64,000 nt of DNA, filler included, from Basidiobolus ranarum (GCA_040143965.1; 33 parts of 33 records of this genome joined end to end with filler, not necessarily neighbours in it), one strand, 5' to 3'. Positions 12,704-26,390 are shown, counted from the whole stretch's first letter. Translations and numbers: made by a program. The notes: generated from the letters alone by a model not told the origin.

Positions 12704-13570
12704 TCAAGCCCAACAGAATTTTTCATTATGGTACCAATCGACAGTCCGATTCAAATCAGGTAACCAGGCCATGGATGACAATGTTCGGGTTCTAGTTACC
12801 CATGCGAAACCCTTTTCCTCACCATAATGCTGCTGCAATTCCTTATTATCCAAGTTCCAGATAACCACTTGGGGTAATGCATTGTTTCGCGCCTCTTCGT
12901 GAGCTAGTCGCATGAATCCTTCAAAGATAGCATTGGGCTCATCGTCGGGAAGTCGTATTCGAAGGATGACCAATAGTTTTTCTAAATAATCCGGATACCA
13001 AGTCACAAAATATGGTGTATCAGGCACGTATGCGCCTAACCTGGATATCGTGGCCTTGTTTTCCACCTCAACTGCATGGAAATTACTGCGTTCCCAAAAC
13101 CAATGATACGCCGGTTCAGTGGGTAATAGAAGAACCTGAGGATTCTCAAAGGTTAACGGTGTATCTAGCTCGAATTCCTTTTCAAGTAATTCACAATCCT
13201 GTTGAACTACTCGGGTCAATACATCTTTTCCCATAATTAATTGAACCTTCGGATTTTTCTTGAAGGTCCCGAGAATACTTTCGTCAACTTCAATTTGAAG
13301 GTGTTTCGGCGAATACACATGCCAACCTAATCTTGAGTAAAACTCGGGTCCTACGTCAGAATAAAGGTTTGATATCAATATCCCCTGTTTTTGAAGAAGG
13401 TTAAGTACGCCAAGCAATAACTGTGTGGCAAACCCTCTCCGACGATATTTACTAGGAGTAAAGACGGAAGCTACACTAGCTGCCTGCACTTGTTCAGTTT
13501 TCGGATGGTTTTTATCCTGTTTGACTAAGGCTGGGCGTAGAAATACTTCAAGATGAGACAGAAGGTTTAG
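12704..13570 (-). CDS. GNAT family N-acetyltransferase (LYC1-like), 5' truncated
   Basis: Frame open from contig edge; motif A VASVFTPSKYRRRGFATQLL and LYSDVGPEFYSRLGW. Confidence 0.85.
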   Translation of the reverse strand, partial: LNLLSHLEVFLRPALVKQDKNHPKTEQVQAASVASVFTPSKYRRRGFATQLLLGVLNLLQKQGILISNLYSDVGPEFYSRLGWHVYSPKHLQIEVDESILGTFKKNPKVQLIMGKDVLTRVVQQDCELLEKEFELDTPLTFENPQVLLLPTEPAYHWFWERSNFHAVEVENKATISRLGAYVPDTPYFVTWYPDYLEKLLVILRIRLPDDEPNAIFEGFMRLAHEEARNNALPQVVIWNLDNKELQQHYGEEKGFAWVTRTRTLSSMAWLPDLNRTVDWYHNEKFCWA

Positions 13571-13670
13571 NNNNNNNNNNNNNNNNNNNNNNNNNNNNNN
13601 NNNNNNNNNNNNNNTTAATTAATTAANNNNNNNNNNNNNNNNNNNNNNNNNNNNNNNNNNNNNNNNNNNN

Positions 13671-15356
13671 CTTGATGTTTTCCAGCATTTTCCCAATCAA
13701 TTCAAACTTTGATCCTATCTTGCATGGCTCATTCACATTGAATTTTCCAATATATAGCTGAGTAAGTAGTATTGGAATGTTATTGAATAGTAAGTGCATA
13801 GTGCCTAATGGGAAGCACTGGCTCCAGCTGATCCCCTTCAGCAATATAATCTTAGGCTTATGGCTAATACCAAGTTTGATGTTAGACTGACTATTTGGTG
13901 AATTGATATCAGTGATCATTTTGAAATCTGACCAGGCTCTTGATGGTAAAAACATGGAGTTTAGTGTGGTATTTGGATAGTAGTAATGCATATGCCTGAT
14001 AGAATAAACTCCATTGATTTGACAAAATCCACAGTAAGATAGTGAATTGTGCCTGCAAAAACCTCCAAGTTTACTGATGGCAGGAATGTCACCAATACAT
14101 ACAATGATATTTACTTTGATAAAATATTCACCCATCTGAACCCCATTAGATAACCATTCAAATTCTGCAATCAAAGGCTCCAAGAAGCTATCTATAAGCA
14201 CTGATGATTTAGGTCCAGATATGATGGATAGCATCAAAATATTATGACTCTTATACCATTCAGAAGGAGGAATATTTAAGTTGATTAAAATTATTGGCCA
14301 GCAAGCCTTTCCAATGGTATATTTGTTTAGTAAGAAACCATCAAGAGCCAATACAAATGCATGATCATACATGTTCTCAAAGAAACCTTGACTTTTCCAA
14401 TTCTGGTAGTGATATCCATCAAGTATATCAGTAATACCATCAGCTTTACAGTGTGTACTTTGGTATTGGATTGATGATCTATTTTTGGGTGATTTCATCA
14501 AAACTTTAAGATGGGGAATCAATGGTGTGTATGCCTAATACAAAAGATATTAACCTGATTCAGTGATTGACAATTGTGTACAAAAAGTACATGACTTCAG
14601 GTTTTTCAGATCACTGGTGAAAGCCAAACAACCATTTGGACATGAAGGTAGTTTAATTACTGAAGGATTATAAGTAATACAATTGATAAGTGTTTTTCAC
14701 TTGTACCAGGTCTGTGGCAAGCAACAGTTGCCAATCAACTGTGGTAAAAGTGTAAGAAAACCAATGAACACCTGGTTGCTAAGAATGGATTGAACTCTCC
14801 ACTCCTTGATAATCAAAGCTTCTTCCTTTACAGTAAGTGTTATGAGTTGACTAATATTTGCTGATAACAAAGAGTCCATAACAAAACTGTTGTCTTCTTC
14901 TTCAACTAATGATATACTAACATAGGTACTGGAATCACCAAGGTGAATATCTAGCAGCAAGTCCTCAAAGTTGTCTGGACTTACTGGTTCAACCAAAGTT
15001 GCATTTCTACCTACATCATTCTGGTCATATATCTGTGGTAACTCCACAGTATCTTGACTTTTGGCTGTGTTAACAAAACTTTGAGGCAAAGCACAGTCAG
15101 TGGACTCAATGGGCAAAACTAAAGTTGATTTAGTGCACATATTACTGTTGTCATACACCAGGCTTTGTGCAGCTGGTGGCTTTGTACAGTGACCATGCTT
15201 GTGATTATTTTTTCTATGAAGCATAAGGCTTTCATAGCACAAGAATTTGTGACAATTATAGCAGGGCTTCTTTAAATGTTTGTGTTGTAGCATGAGAAGG
15301 ATATTGTAGAAAAAAGAACACCTCCTATGTAAGGGTGATATCTTAGGTATAGCCAA
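13671..15356 (-). mobile_element. CACTA/EnSpm (Transposase_21-type) transposase, disrupted
   Basis: CPNGCLAF, DILDG, LALDGF, WPIILINLNIPP, IISGPK, DSFLEPLIAE, GDIPAISK, CGFC, MHLLFNNI. Confidence 0.88.
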
Positions 15357-15732
15357 ACAATATCATCAGCTGATTCCAAGACAGTGTCACAGATGAGTCA
15401 TCAGGGGATTTACAAAATATTTCCGGTAATGGATGGCAATTTTGGTTTATTATGAGCTGTTTCTAAGCAACTTCCTTACACCATGTTTACCATCTGAAAA
15501 TTTCAATGCCGTTCAAAAAGNNNNNNNNNNNNNNNNNNNNNNNNNNNNNNNNNNNNNNNNNNNNTTAATTAATTAANNNNNNNNNNNNNNNNNNNNNNNN
15601 NNNNNNNNNNNNNNNNNNNNCAAGGCAGGCTCTTCACAAGCTACTGGCTGTTACTCCACCTACTACTTCTGCTCCCAGTTGCCTACTTCTCCTCAAACAG
15701 TTTGTTTTTCCAGTTCTAGAATTTGGCTTACA

Positions 15733-16951
15733 TTGTATTTGTGCATACCATTCTTGTCTGGCTCCTGTCTCAATCTAGTACGAACTACTTCATGAGGATA
15801 CGTTACTACAGCGGCGAAAAGTTTTGCACTACCTGCAGCAACGAAATATTCCAACCAATCTGAATAGAAAAGGCACTCTATAAGTAATGGGAGGTTATGT
15901 ATGAATTAAGCCAAGAGACGGTTTTACCAATCAATGTTTTGTTGCTTGTGCTGAGGCTATCCCCATATCGCGCATAACGACGCTGATGAATTAACGTTTT
16001 GAATCTCTCATAAATCACCCATTGTAAGGTTCCTTCAACAACCCCTTTTATATTATCAAACTCTTGAGCGGTAAATTTTACGAATATGGATTTCTGAACC
16101 ACTACATACCCAAGTAAGAGGCACTAACACCTCTATAAAGACCACTGATCCCTTCGGCCTTTACCACCTGGTAGGCACAATCCAAGCTATTTCTGTATTG
16201 CTTAAGAGATGCGATATCCATGGTTTGTAACTGCATTCGGGTTTTGACCATCCAAATTGGACTGGTTACTGTAGCAGTAACAATACCGGCGCTGGCAGCC
16301 GCTGTTAAATGAACCATCGGGGAATCCTTTCCACCATTCATCTCTGTAAGTATGCGCTTTCCATTTCCATATGCTGCGAAGTTGATTGCTCTTGCTGGAA
16401 CGATGCCCACCAAATTCGGGCCAAGCCCTCGAAATAAGCCACGTATTCCTTCAAGACGTTTGATTGATCTGGTGTAAAAAAGAAGAGGAGTAAGGAAACT
16501 GGATTTCATTAGTATGGCATTAGCGGCCACTCTTACTTCAATATCTCGAAGGTTTCTACGATATGTGTACCCATGATAGTGATGATAGATTTAGACGTGT
16601 GTGGACATAGAGACGTCGGCTTATACAATGAGGACTAGAGTTTGATTATTAGTAATGAAGTACGCTGTAAAGAAGGCATGTTAGGGCACCTGTAGCCTGG
16701 TTTTGACCACGTCCAAAGGGCATGTCAAAAAGGCACCAACCATGCCACCGGCCCTATATGAGTTATAGAATGGGTTATGCACTGAGTTGATACCCACACC
16801 ACCGATAAAATGACACAACATACCCTCCGGCAATAAAATGTAACCATGCCTGCTTCGTATTTGATTGGAGGATGGTCGAAGTCCCAACTTGTCTCTCGAG
16901 CAAGACTGCCTTCTCAGAAACCAAACCGGGGTGTACTTCCTTTAGGATCAT
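15733..16951 (-). CDS. RIM2: Mitochondrial pyrimidine nucleotide carrier (Rim2/SLC25A33/36-like), multi-exon, 3' end not recovered
   Basis: WLHFIAGG, TCPLDVVKTRLQ, GLGPNLVGIVPARAINF, SPIWMVKTRMQ, LQWVIYE, YPHEVVRTRLRQ; short GT-AG introns. Confidence 0.88.
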
Positions 16952-17570
16952 ATTTAGGGTCTATTCTATGTGACTGTTCTGGGCTGAAGAGTATATCACC
17001 AAAGGAGGCTTTTATGAGGTCGGAATCGATTCTGAGTTAGTTGGTAGAGACCAAAAGAACAACTATGTGGCGTATGGGATGGAAATTATTAGAAACTTCA
17101 AGTCCTCGATCTCAATTTATCTTCTATATATGCATGAAATTCGCAAAGTAAACACACCACGAGCGACTCGCTGTCAATAAGATCTCAATACTGTGTCCCA
17201 TAGCATAATGTCGAAGGTGTTTGGTAGCATCATCGGTGGCATTCCAATTGCTACCACAACTCCACCACCGAATAATTGGCTACTCTTGATCAGTTCACTC
17301 AAATATCAGGTGGTCCTGCTCGAACTATTTCCAAGTAAGTTCTACTTCTGGTTCAGGAGAATGGCTGGACCAATGATATGTGACTAGATAGGCCTATCAC
17401 CACATCAGCCCTTTATTCCACCACCGCCATCCGAAGATAGAAAAATAATCAAGGGAACAATCTACTCAGGNNNNNNNNNNNNNNNNNNNNNNNNNNNNNN
17501 NNNNNNNNNNNNNNTTAATTAATTAANNNNNNNNNNNNNNNNNNNNNNNNNNNNNNNNNNNNNNNNNNNN

Positions 17571-18005
17571 GGGTATCCGCCAGATAGCTGGAAGAATGTT
17601 GATTCAGCAACATTAATACAATGGTGAGCTTTGATGGAGATATTGATACAAACTTGTGTTTGATATGAGCTCAACCTTGGGTATGAAGAACTATATAAAA
17701 ATATTTAGGAGAATATATCAAAGAAACTGGGAATTTCAAAGGTGACAAATTACTGTTCATGTGGTGAATGTGTAAAATTTAAGTTACATTTTTTGTACAT
17801 ACATTGAACCATAGCTCACTGAGATTGTAGCCAATCATGTGCAACAATTTTGCAAGATCTTGAAATTTCACTGCTGAAACTGAAAAAATTGATTAAAATC
17901 AAATCTAACTTGACAATTTTATGATGGTAAGTGAACAGTCAATCCCAAATGGATTAAAATTGTGACAGTTTTCCTACAACAACAATCCTCAAATTTTGGT
18001 TAGGG
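17571..18005 (+). mobile_element. CACTA-like element end B
   Basis: Ends CAATCCTCAAATTTTGGTTAGGG; homologous to 37036-37820, 24308, 42307, 50934. Confidence 0.8.
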
Positions 18006-19420
18006 TAAAGGCAAATTGCTATTTCAATGCTCAAGAGCTAAAACTGCCAAGAAGGTATGGAAAGCCTTGGAAGACATCTACCAAACAAGTTCTGCTGCTA
18101 ACAAGATATCTCTAAGAAGAAAATTCTTTAACTTAAAGATGAGGCCAGGAGAAGACATTAAATCACTAATTAATAGAGTCATTATTTTAGTGGATGAAAT
18201 GAAATATATTGGAGTACCTGTTTCAGATCAAGATATCATAGTTACAGTCCTGAATAGGCTGCCACATGGGTTTCAGAGCCTTGTAATGGCTCTAGAATCA
18301 AGAACTGAAAATTTGACCTTAAATTATGTATTGGCAGACTTCTGGATGGAGATTTATACAATTCAGGATCAAACCAAAAGAATAAAAAAAATGCTTTAAG
18401 AGGCTATAGGAAGCCTTGCTATAAGGTTCAAAAGCACTTGAAGAAAAAAGGTAACACATTCTATGATTTCTGTGAAAGAACTGGCCATTTAAGCAAAGAT
18501 TGCTTTAAAAGATTTGCAAAAGAAGAAAAATGTACTCAATCTGGAAATGTGGTTGCAACAGAAGATCACTTGTTCATATTGGCTCTATCTATAACTACCA
18601 ACAAGGATTCTCAGATGTGGTATATTGATTCTGGAGCTTCCCAACATTTCACAAAAGAAAAACACTGGTTTGTGGAATATTAAGAAATTCCTATTAGAAA
18701 GGTTTTCATGGGAGATGACTGCACATTGGGTGCTATTGGAATGGGAACAATTCAAGTCAATTCAACTGGAGCTTGTGAAGAGTAAGTACGTACTTTTAAG
18801 GATGTACTACATGTTCCAGATATTGCCAAGAATTTAATAACCGTATGCAAGGCTATCTCAGAAGGGCTAAAATTCAATTTTGATAAGTCAGGATGCATCA
18901 TCACTGATCAAAATGGGAATTACTTAGCTTTGGGAGAAAAGGATCAAAAATTGTACAAACTTACATATAATCCAAGAAGGTTATGTGTAAATATAAGTTA
19001 TTCCAATCAAGAAACTCTTCAATCATGGCATAAGAGATTTGCCCATATTGGATTTGTTTATTTGTGCAACATGATCAAAAATTGCCTAATTTCTCAAATT
19101 CAAATTAACTTCCCAACCAAAGTGGAAATTTCTGAGGGTTTTATATATGGAAAACAAGCCAGGCTACCATTCAAGAGCTCTGGCTTAATCAAATCTGTCA
19201 AAAAACTGTATCTAATTCATTCAGATTTGTGTGGACCTATGCAAGATTTATGTTTAGGCAGAAAAAGATATTTAATCACATTTATTGATGATTATACAAG
19301 ATACACTTGGGTCTACTTTATGGAAAGAAAGGAAGAAGCTCTCTCTATCTTTAGAGATTTTAAAACACTTGTGGAGACTGAAACTGGAACTAAAATCAAG
19401 AAAATACATACTAATAATGG
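18006..19420 (+). mobile_element. Copia-A gag-protease-integrase (degenerate)
   Basis: UBN2-type gag, zinc knuckle remnant, WYIDSGASQH, WHKRFAH, LIHSDLCGP, TFIDDYTR. Confidence 0.95.
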
Positions 19421-19520
19421 NNNNNNNNNNNNNNNNNNNNNNNNNNNNNNNNNNNNNNNNNNNNTTAATTAATTAANNNNNNNNNNNNNNNNNNNNNNNN
19501 NNNNNNNNNNNNNNNNNNNN

Positions 19521-19911
19521 GGAAATGGCTCCAACACCACCGGTGGATGGTTTTAGCTCTGAAGATACTTCGCCGTCTCAAGCATCAGATTCAGGGTTCA
19601 ATAATGAGAGTAACGATGCACAAGGTATAACAGATACAGGTTTAGCAGATGCTGAACCCTTCGATCTCCCTTCGCAGTTAGCAAATACTCTTGGTCAATC
19701 TTTACCTCAGCAAGCATTATTTGATCAGGTCCAAGGGAATTCAGCACAAGCAGGCCATGCTCTGTCCGATTCGAATCAGTTTGATCAAGCACAGACAATA
19801 GATCAAACATTATATCAGCCTTCGCAACCCATTGAACAAGAACAGCCTTCTTCGCCAGAAGAGCCGGAAGAGCCTGAATCCTCCGGCTCAAGGTGCGGCA
19901 GGTGTAACTAA
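19521..19911 (+). CDS. 3' end of an acidic, Q/S/P-rich low-complexity protein
   Basis: 128-codon open frame near contig edge, CpG retained, AATAAA downstream; no family motif. Confidence 0.55.
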
Positions 19912-20622
19912 AGATACGATTAGTAACACATTATGTAATTAGTATATATTCATTAATAGCACTCATTAAAAAATAAAGCATGCAATGGTAAAATGTTGCT
20001 TACTACTACTTACCGAAGTCAATATTTGACCAATCATTGAAATTTGTACCAGCATCCTGCCAATGAACAATGTGAAGAAGTACTCATATCTCCCTTTGAT
20101 ACTCCCAATGATTCAACTTTTAATGTTGCATTATACTGTATTATCTTGTTATTCTGCAACACAAGTAGTAAAACTCAAACAGCTTCTTTTAAAATTACTT
20201 CCCTGCATTTCCACAAAATTGCATTTTGGTACAAGCTAAAGTTTTGGATATGGCAAGTAGAAAAGTAGAACTTTTCGATATCTCGGTGTATTAAAAGGAA
20301 AGTGTGCTTTAGTGTGTATATCTTTTTTGAGCATCCTGATCTTGCAATACTACAGTCATATGCAGAGGCTCAAGTAGTAGGTCAGGTACAGTTACAAGCA
20401 GAATCGCAAATTATTCCTTGGGTTCTGTCTCTGTCTCAATCACATCTTTACTAGAATCATATTCTCAGGTTATGTCTGTTCGCCAACATGAAGCAAGTTT
20501 CGATTGCTAGTTAAATGTTATTCAGCTAAGGATACTGTGGTTAGTATAAGCTATGTCTACATTCCAATAATAAACATTGTAAGTGAGAATCAAGATCATA
20601 GTTCTATAGCGATAGTACTGAC

Positions 20623-21370
20623 ACCTGATCCTGCTACTTGTAACAGGACAACTGGATCATAGTTCTGGTTGGGCATTTAATGTGTTGCAAGTGCTCAAAT
20701 AGTGGGATGCTGCATAATTCTGATGACTGGCCAATTCTGTAATGAAACATATCAATTAGTAAAGAACATATGGCATTTCCGTATTACAATTGTAGTCTTA
20801 CCTTGGCTAAATTGAAGTGATCAATAATTCTTGCTTTGTATCTATACATCAGAAACTTACTTAATAAATCCATCAAATCATTGGTTGAAGAAAATCAAGT
20901 TACTGTACGACTTCTAGAAAAGAGCCTCCCACACTGAAGAAGTTCTCTTTTGCACACATATCCTCCGAAGGTACATCAAATATTTTACACAAGAAGGAAG
21001 CTAAAGCGATTTCGTAAAGCGATTTTGGTATCGGAGATTGGCTTCTTATATTTCCAAGGCTTTCTTGTTTGGACGATTTGTTCGACAATCTTAATACTTT
21101 TTCATATCGTTGACGTAGCTTTCCTCTTGACAACTTGCCCAATGAATCTTTAGTCAAGATATTTTTGGAGAGTGGCAGTATTATGTGAGGTGCCTGAGAG
21201 CATTGTTGAATACTGGAATGAGTATCGGATAGCGAGAATGAAGGAAGATAGAAAACGGCAACTTGTTCGGTTTGAGAGTCCTTTGGCCAGATAGGACAAA
21301 CATCATCATATGAAGGAAAAATCCCGTCTATATCTTTTAATGCAGCCTCGAGTTCATTGCTGTAATTACT
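20623..21370 (-). pseudogene. NRPS-like A-T-TE (quinone/furanone synthetase-type) pseudogene fragment
   Basis: A-domain end NELEAALKDIDG..PSY..TEQVAVFYLP..KDSLGKLSR; T domain NFFSVGGSFLEV; HPTI*AL; TE start YDPVVLLQ; stops and deletions. Confidence 0.75.
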
Positions 21371-21505
21371 NNNNNNNNNNNNNNNNNNNNNNNNNNNNNN
21401 NNNNNNNNNNNNNNTTAATTAATTAANNNNNNNNNNNNNNNNNNNNNNNNNNNNNNNNNNNNNNNNNNNNGGATTAGTTTATATGACTATTTAGTTGAGG
21501 GAGAG

Positions 21506-21853
21506 TGTTGAAATTAGCATTGCCTAAACATCTATATAGTCATATATAGCTTAGTACTTAGTTATCTTATAATTCACTAAGGTATTATCAATTATTCTCA
21601 ATCAGAATTTACTTAGAATATTTTTACCAACTTTGAAGTTCTCAGATATATAGATTTTTCTAACTTGTGCTAGAAGCGCCAAACTTTGCACACATGTTCC
21701 TGAGACCTTCCTTAGCACATTCTACACATTTGTTTGTTTACATCTTGACAAAACTATAAATGTCAACTTTCTACTCAATAAATCAACAAGCAAAAACCAC
21801 CAATTCCTCTAATTCTCCAAACCACTTCCAACAGTCTCCCAAATACTTTAACC
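21506..21853 (+). repeat. LTR1, full-length 3' LTR after PPT
   Basis: GAGGGAGAG followed by TGTTGAAATTAGC; ~348 bp. Confidence 0.92.
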
Positions 21854-22310
21854 GATTCCCTGTGATTTGATAATTCACAAGTGAAGTTCGAGTAGTAAGG
21901 GAGAAAAGAACTAGCTAAGCTACAGGTAATAAGATATGAGCCCCATCACAGTCACCAATAATATCTAAAGAGTGTGTCATTGGCATTAGTCAGTATGTAC
22001 ATTGATAATTTCCTAATGAAAATAACGCTACAATGGTTATAGCGTTTGAACCAGGGTAATGGATACTTCTTGACTACCTACAAAATGGAAACTATATTCA
22101 AGGCTGGCTCTACCATGTAGCTTATCTACTAACTAGACAAATGAATTTGGCTAGCATTGATGATCCATCATTTCTTATTATCACGGATAATTTAGATTGT
22201 GATCACAGAAATGAGTGCAAAAGAATTTTATTGTTCAGCAAAAGCTTAAACAACGTGAGTGAATCACGATGGATTGAATGAGTTGTATGAATATTCATAT
22301 AGAGTGATGA

Positions 22311-23128
22311 CTACAACTTATGCTTAACAAACATTGGGTTGGCAATGGCAATTGCTACCTCCTTCGAAACTAACTTCTCTACCAAGGTTAAAACGAATTC
22401 GAAGGTAGTACCGGGTCCGCGACTAGTGATCAAATTCTCACAAATGACAACACGATCCTCCTGATAATCGTAGACTACATGATGGGTATGTAAGTAAGGT
22501 ATTAGATGTACCAAGAATATTTGCTCAGTAAATACCGGAGTCTAATTCGCCTTTGATGCAGGGATGGGAAGTCAATTTAAGGTTGCGAGGAATTCCTGCA
22601 GCTTTCAATGCAAGTGGTCCTAGAAACTTGCGGTAAGATTCGTGTGATTCACGAAATAACAAAAGAATTAAATCCTTACCAGCACAAAGAGAGCCCAAGA
22701 TTTTTCCAGAATCGTATGTGGAACGAAGAAGAGACTTAACGGCATAGTTCTCAGAGAAAATCTTGGCACTTCCAGTACCACCTGGCACAACTACAACGTC
22801 GAAATCGTCCTAAATGCACTATGTCAGAATCCACAGAATACAAAAGGTTGAAAGAAATTGCTTACAAATGATTTGATGTCTTCGAATCGAACATCAGGGC
22901 TAAGTAAGACACCACGACTACAAACGATAGGCAATGTGCGCACATTAACTCCAGCGACCACCACCTCAATATTTGCACGTCTGAGCACGTCAACTACAAA
23001 GAAGGTTAATTCCACGTTTGCTTTCAGTAGGGAAACAAATACGTACTGATGATGACTGTTTCCATTTCTTCGACGCCTTCAGCGATGAGAACTAGAGCCT
23101 TGGGGTTGGATTTGGATTTGATAGCCAT
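22311..23128 (-). CDS. DJ-1/PfpI family protein (glyoxalase/deglycase), about 4 introns
   Basis: KALVLIAEGVEEME, VDVLRRA, VCSRGV, VVVPGG, nucleophile LCAG, TSHP, LITSRGPGT. Confidence 0.93.
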
Positions 23129-23418
23129 GGTAAATGATGAATGTCAAGAAACTTGATTGATGGAAAACAGGCAGCATCAACGAAAATATATAGGAGTTTC
23201 AATTTCTACATGATTTTAAATCAAGGTAATACGACTTCCTAAATCAAATTCACCTCTCATTCAACGAATGATTATCAAGAGCATCTAAGAAAAATAGATG
23301 GAGCGAGCCAATCATTTANNNNNNNNNNNNNNNNNNNNNNNNNNNNNNNNNNNNNNNNNNNNTTAATTAATTAANNNNNNNNNNNNNNNNNNNNNNNNNN
23401 NNNNNNNNNNNNNNNNNN

Positions 23419-24307
23419 ACTAATAGTTTCACTATTTAAGGGGATCCAACACAATGCATTTGTGTACCTACTAATGATCACAATATCAAAGTCACAGTCC
23501 TGAATAGCCTGCCAGCCATGCTCCAGAGCCTAGTAACGGCTCTAGAATCCACAACTGAATCTAACACTGAAGCTTGAACCTAAATTATAAATATAGCCAA
23601 GCTCTGGAGAAATATTGATGTCAAGCAGTATGCAACTAAAAGAATGAAGTCAATGCTTTAATAGGTTATGCAAAGCTGTCCCATAAAGGTCAAAAGCACC
23701 TTGCAAAGAGAAGTAACATATTCTACAATAACTGTAAAAGAACTCACTGTTCAAACAGAGATGGCTTAAATAAAAAGTAAAAGAAGGAAACAAAACAAAT
23801 CTAGACAGATTGGTCTTGCAATCGCTCACTTGCCTTAACCTTGTCTATCTATACCTCCGAACAGCAATGGTGCTCATGGGAGATGAATGCAAAATGAATG
23901 CTATTGGAATGGAACAATTTAAGTCAATCAAACTGGTGTTGTTGAAGAGAGAATGTATACTATTAATGACATACTCTATGTTCCAGATATTGCCATGAAC
24001 TTAATATCTGTATATCAAGATACCATGGAAGGACTCAAATTCAAATTTGATAAGTCAGGTTGCACCATCACTCATCAAAATGATAATTTATTATCTTTGG
24101 GATGAAGGGATCAGAATATATACAAACTTGCATATATTTCAAGTGGTTCATATATAAATATAAATTGTTCCATTAAAGAAACTATTCACTTATGTGATGT
24201 GAGATTTAGCCATATTGGATTTACTTATTTGTGCAAGATGATCAAAAATTGCCTAATTTCTTCAATTCAGATTATCTCCCTAACAAAAATGTAAGTTTGT
24301 GAGGGTT
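23419..24307 (+). mobile_element. Highly degenerate copia-A gag-pol
   Basis: Colinear with 18230-19140. Confidence 0.85.
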
Positions 24308-25127
24308 CCCTAATGGAAATTTGAGGATTGATATTGAAAGAAAATTGTCTCAATTTCAATCCATTTTGGATTGACCATATGCTTACCATCATAATATCAT
24401 CAAGTTAGATTTGATTTTAATCAATTTTTTCAGTTACAGGAGTCAAATTTCAGAACTCACAAAATAGTAGCACATGATTGGTTACAATCTCAGCCACACA
24501 CGTGCAAAAAACATAACACAAATTTTACACATTAACCACTTGAATGCTAATTTGTCATATTTGAAATCCCTAGCTTCTTGGATATATTTTCCTGAATATT
24601 TATATAGAGTTCTTTGTACCCAAGGTTTAGCTCATATCCAACACAGGTTTGTATCAATATCTCCACCAAAACCCACCATTGTATTGACATTGCTGAATCA
24701 ACATTCATCCTGCTATCTGGTAGGTATCCTGCAAAATTGTGCCACTCTATTTTAAGTTCTTCCCTGATATCCACACATTCAACACCAGACTGAATGTCAA
24801 GTTAAATGTTCTTCTTCGGAAGCCATTTTCCACACACTTGCAATGTATTTTTCCCTTCATACTTGTGAAAATACTCTTCAAGTACTTTGATTATTATTAT
24901 ATGTCCTTGTAGTGTAACACTACTCAGTATGCTTTGCAGAGTTTGGGGATCTTTTTTCTTGCCTTTGAGTTTGGGACTAGTTTTGACACTTTGAAAGGTA
25001 CCACTTGAGGTTGCAAAGCTCTGAGTCTTATTTGCTAGTTAATAGCTTGTTGAGAGGTGCCTAGTGTTGTATAAGTTTTCAACTTTTGAACTATCCTAGC
25101 TGGTATACTTTGTTACATGGTTAAATC
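24308..25127 (-). mobile_element. CACTA-like element end B with accessory ORF remnant
   Basis: Starts CCCTAATGGAAATTTGAGG on +; QWWVLVEILIQTCVGYELNLG ORF. Confidence 0.8.
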
Positions 25128-25265
25128 TATTGGGAAACTATTGGCTATTTAGAAGAACTTTAGAAAAGTGGAGTTGTGAATAGCTTTGTGAGATAATTGT
25201 TTATTGTCCAGAAATAAAGCATTTATACTTTTTGATGGAAATACAGAAAACTAACACTGGGGTTG
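25128..25265 (-). repeat. LTR2 3' portion
   Basis: TATTGGGAAA on +, i.e. the ...TTTCCCAATA terminus. Confidence 0.8.
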
Positions 25266-25499
25266 NNNNNNNNNNNNNNNNNNNNNNNNNNNNNNNNNNN
25301 NNNNNNNNNTTAATTAATTAANNNNNNNNNNNNNNNNNNNNNNNNNNNNNNNNNNNNNNNNNNNNCTACGACAACCAAATCACCGTCTACTCCCAAGGAT
25401 ATTGAGTTTCAAACAAACCTCGATCTCACTACGTTTACCAAGCCATTTCCCACTAATGATGTTAAAGAGCCGCAATATATGTCCCATCATTATTTATCC

Positions 25500-26390
25500 T
25501 GTGAGGTTCCAACAAATCTTTCCAATGTGGAATTTACACCACTGAATGACCAGTATTATGCGTCTTTTCCTTTGAGTTCCAATCGATTTTGAATTTCCCC
25601 CACGATCTTTTGTTCGTCTCCATACGAATTCATGTATTTTCAATCAGCCTTTCAATGCTTGTAGATAACAAACTCACATATATAAATATAATCATTCCTT
25701 ACAAAGTACCTTTGTCCTAATTGTGGTTTCCAATGAAAATAGTCGGTCTGTGCCATACAAGTTGAACTACTCCAAGAGTTTCGCTTATATCCAACCTTAA
25801 GGTGGATTCTCCGAAGATATCTAAGTGTTTGCTTTTACTTTAAGACAATTGATGGATGCTTGTTATGATATTATCCTCCATCTCTCCGGTAGCTGTGTTT
25901 ACAGTAGCATAATTAGGTATCCAAATGATTTCGTAATCCTCCACATTTCCTTCAGTTTTGTAAAATGATAGAGTACATTCTAAATTTGATCGACAAAAAG
26001 CCAATAGGTCGGTACCAATTACATATTTGGCTGTATGAACCTGTGCAGCATCATCCACTCTCAAAAGATACCTGATTGGTACGTTAAATTAAAGCAGAGA
26101 GGCACAAATTTAGAGATTCAGGATGTTCCAGTATATAATATACCAGAAAAATTATACCAGAATAGGAATGAGACTCTAACCCAATCGGAGAAAACGAATT
26201 GGTGTTCATCATCATTAATAAGTACGTTTATAAAAGACAAAGTTCATGGACCCATGATATCAATGATTTGGATTGCATTAGGAAGAGAACCAGTTGATGA
26301 AGTTGGTTCCTTGTTTGAACCTCCCTCATCTCGGAGAACCCCCCAGAGAAATCCAGAATTCAATTAAAAGGGTGTTACCTACATGATTCT
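25500..26390 (-). pseudogene. Possible degraded or intron-split gene of unknown family
   Basis: CpG-retaining coding-like patches (LLRVDDAAQVHTAKYVIG; STCMAQTDYFHWKPQLG) broken by stops; no motif recognised. Confidence 0.25.

Noticed and set aside
15621-15733. Possible LTR insertion (TGTAAG...) truncating RIM2
   Set aside because: GTAAGC is equally a normal intron donor, and the contig ends before this can be resolved
17193-17470. Short ORF divergent from RIM2
   Set aside because: No recognisable motif and the contig ends; unsupported
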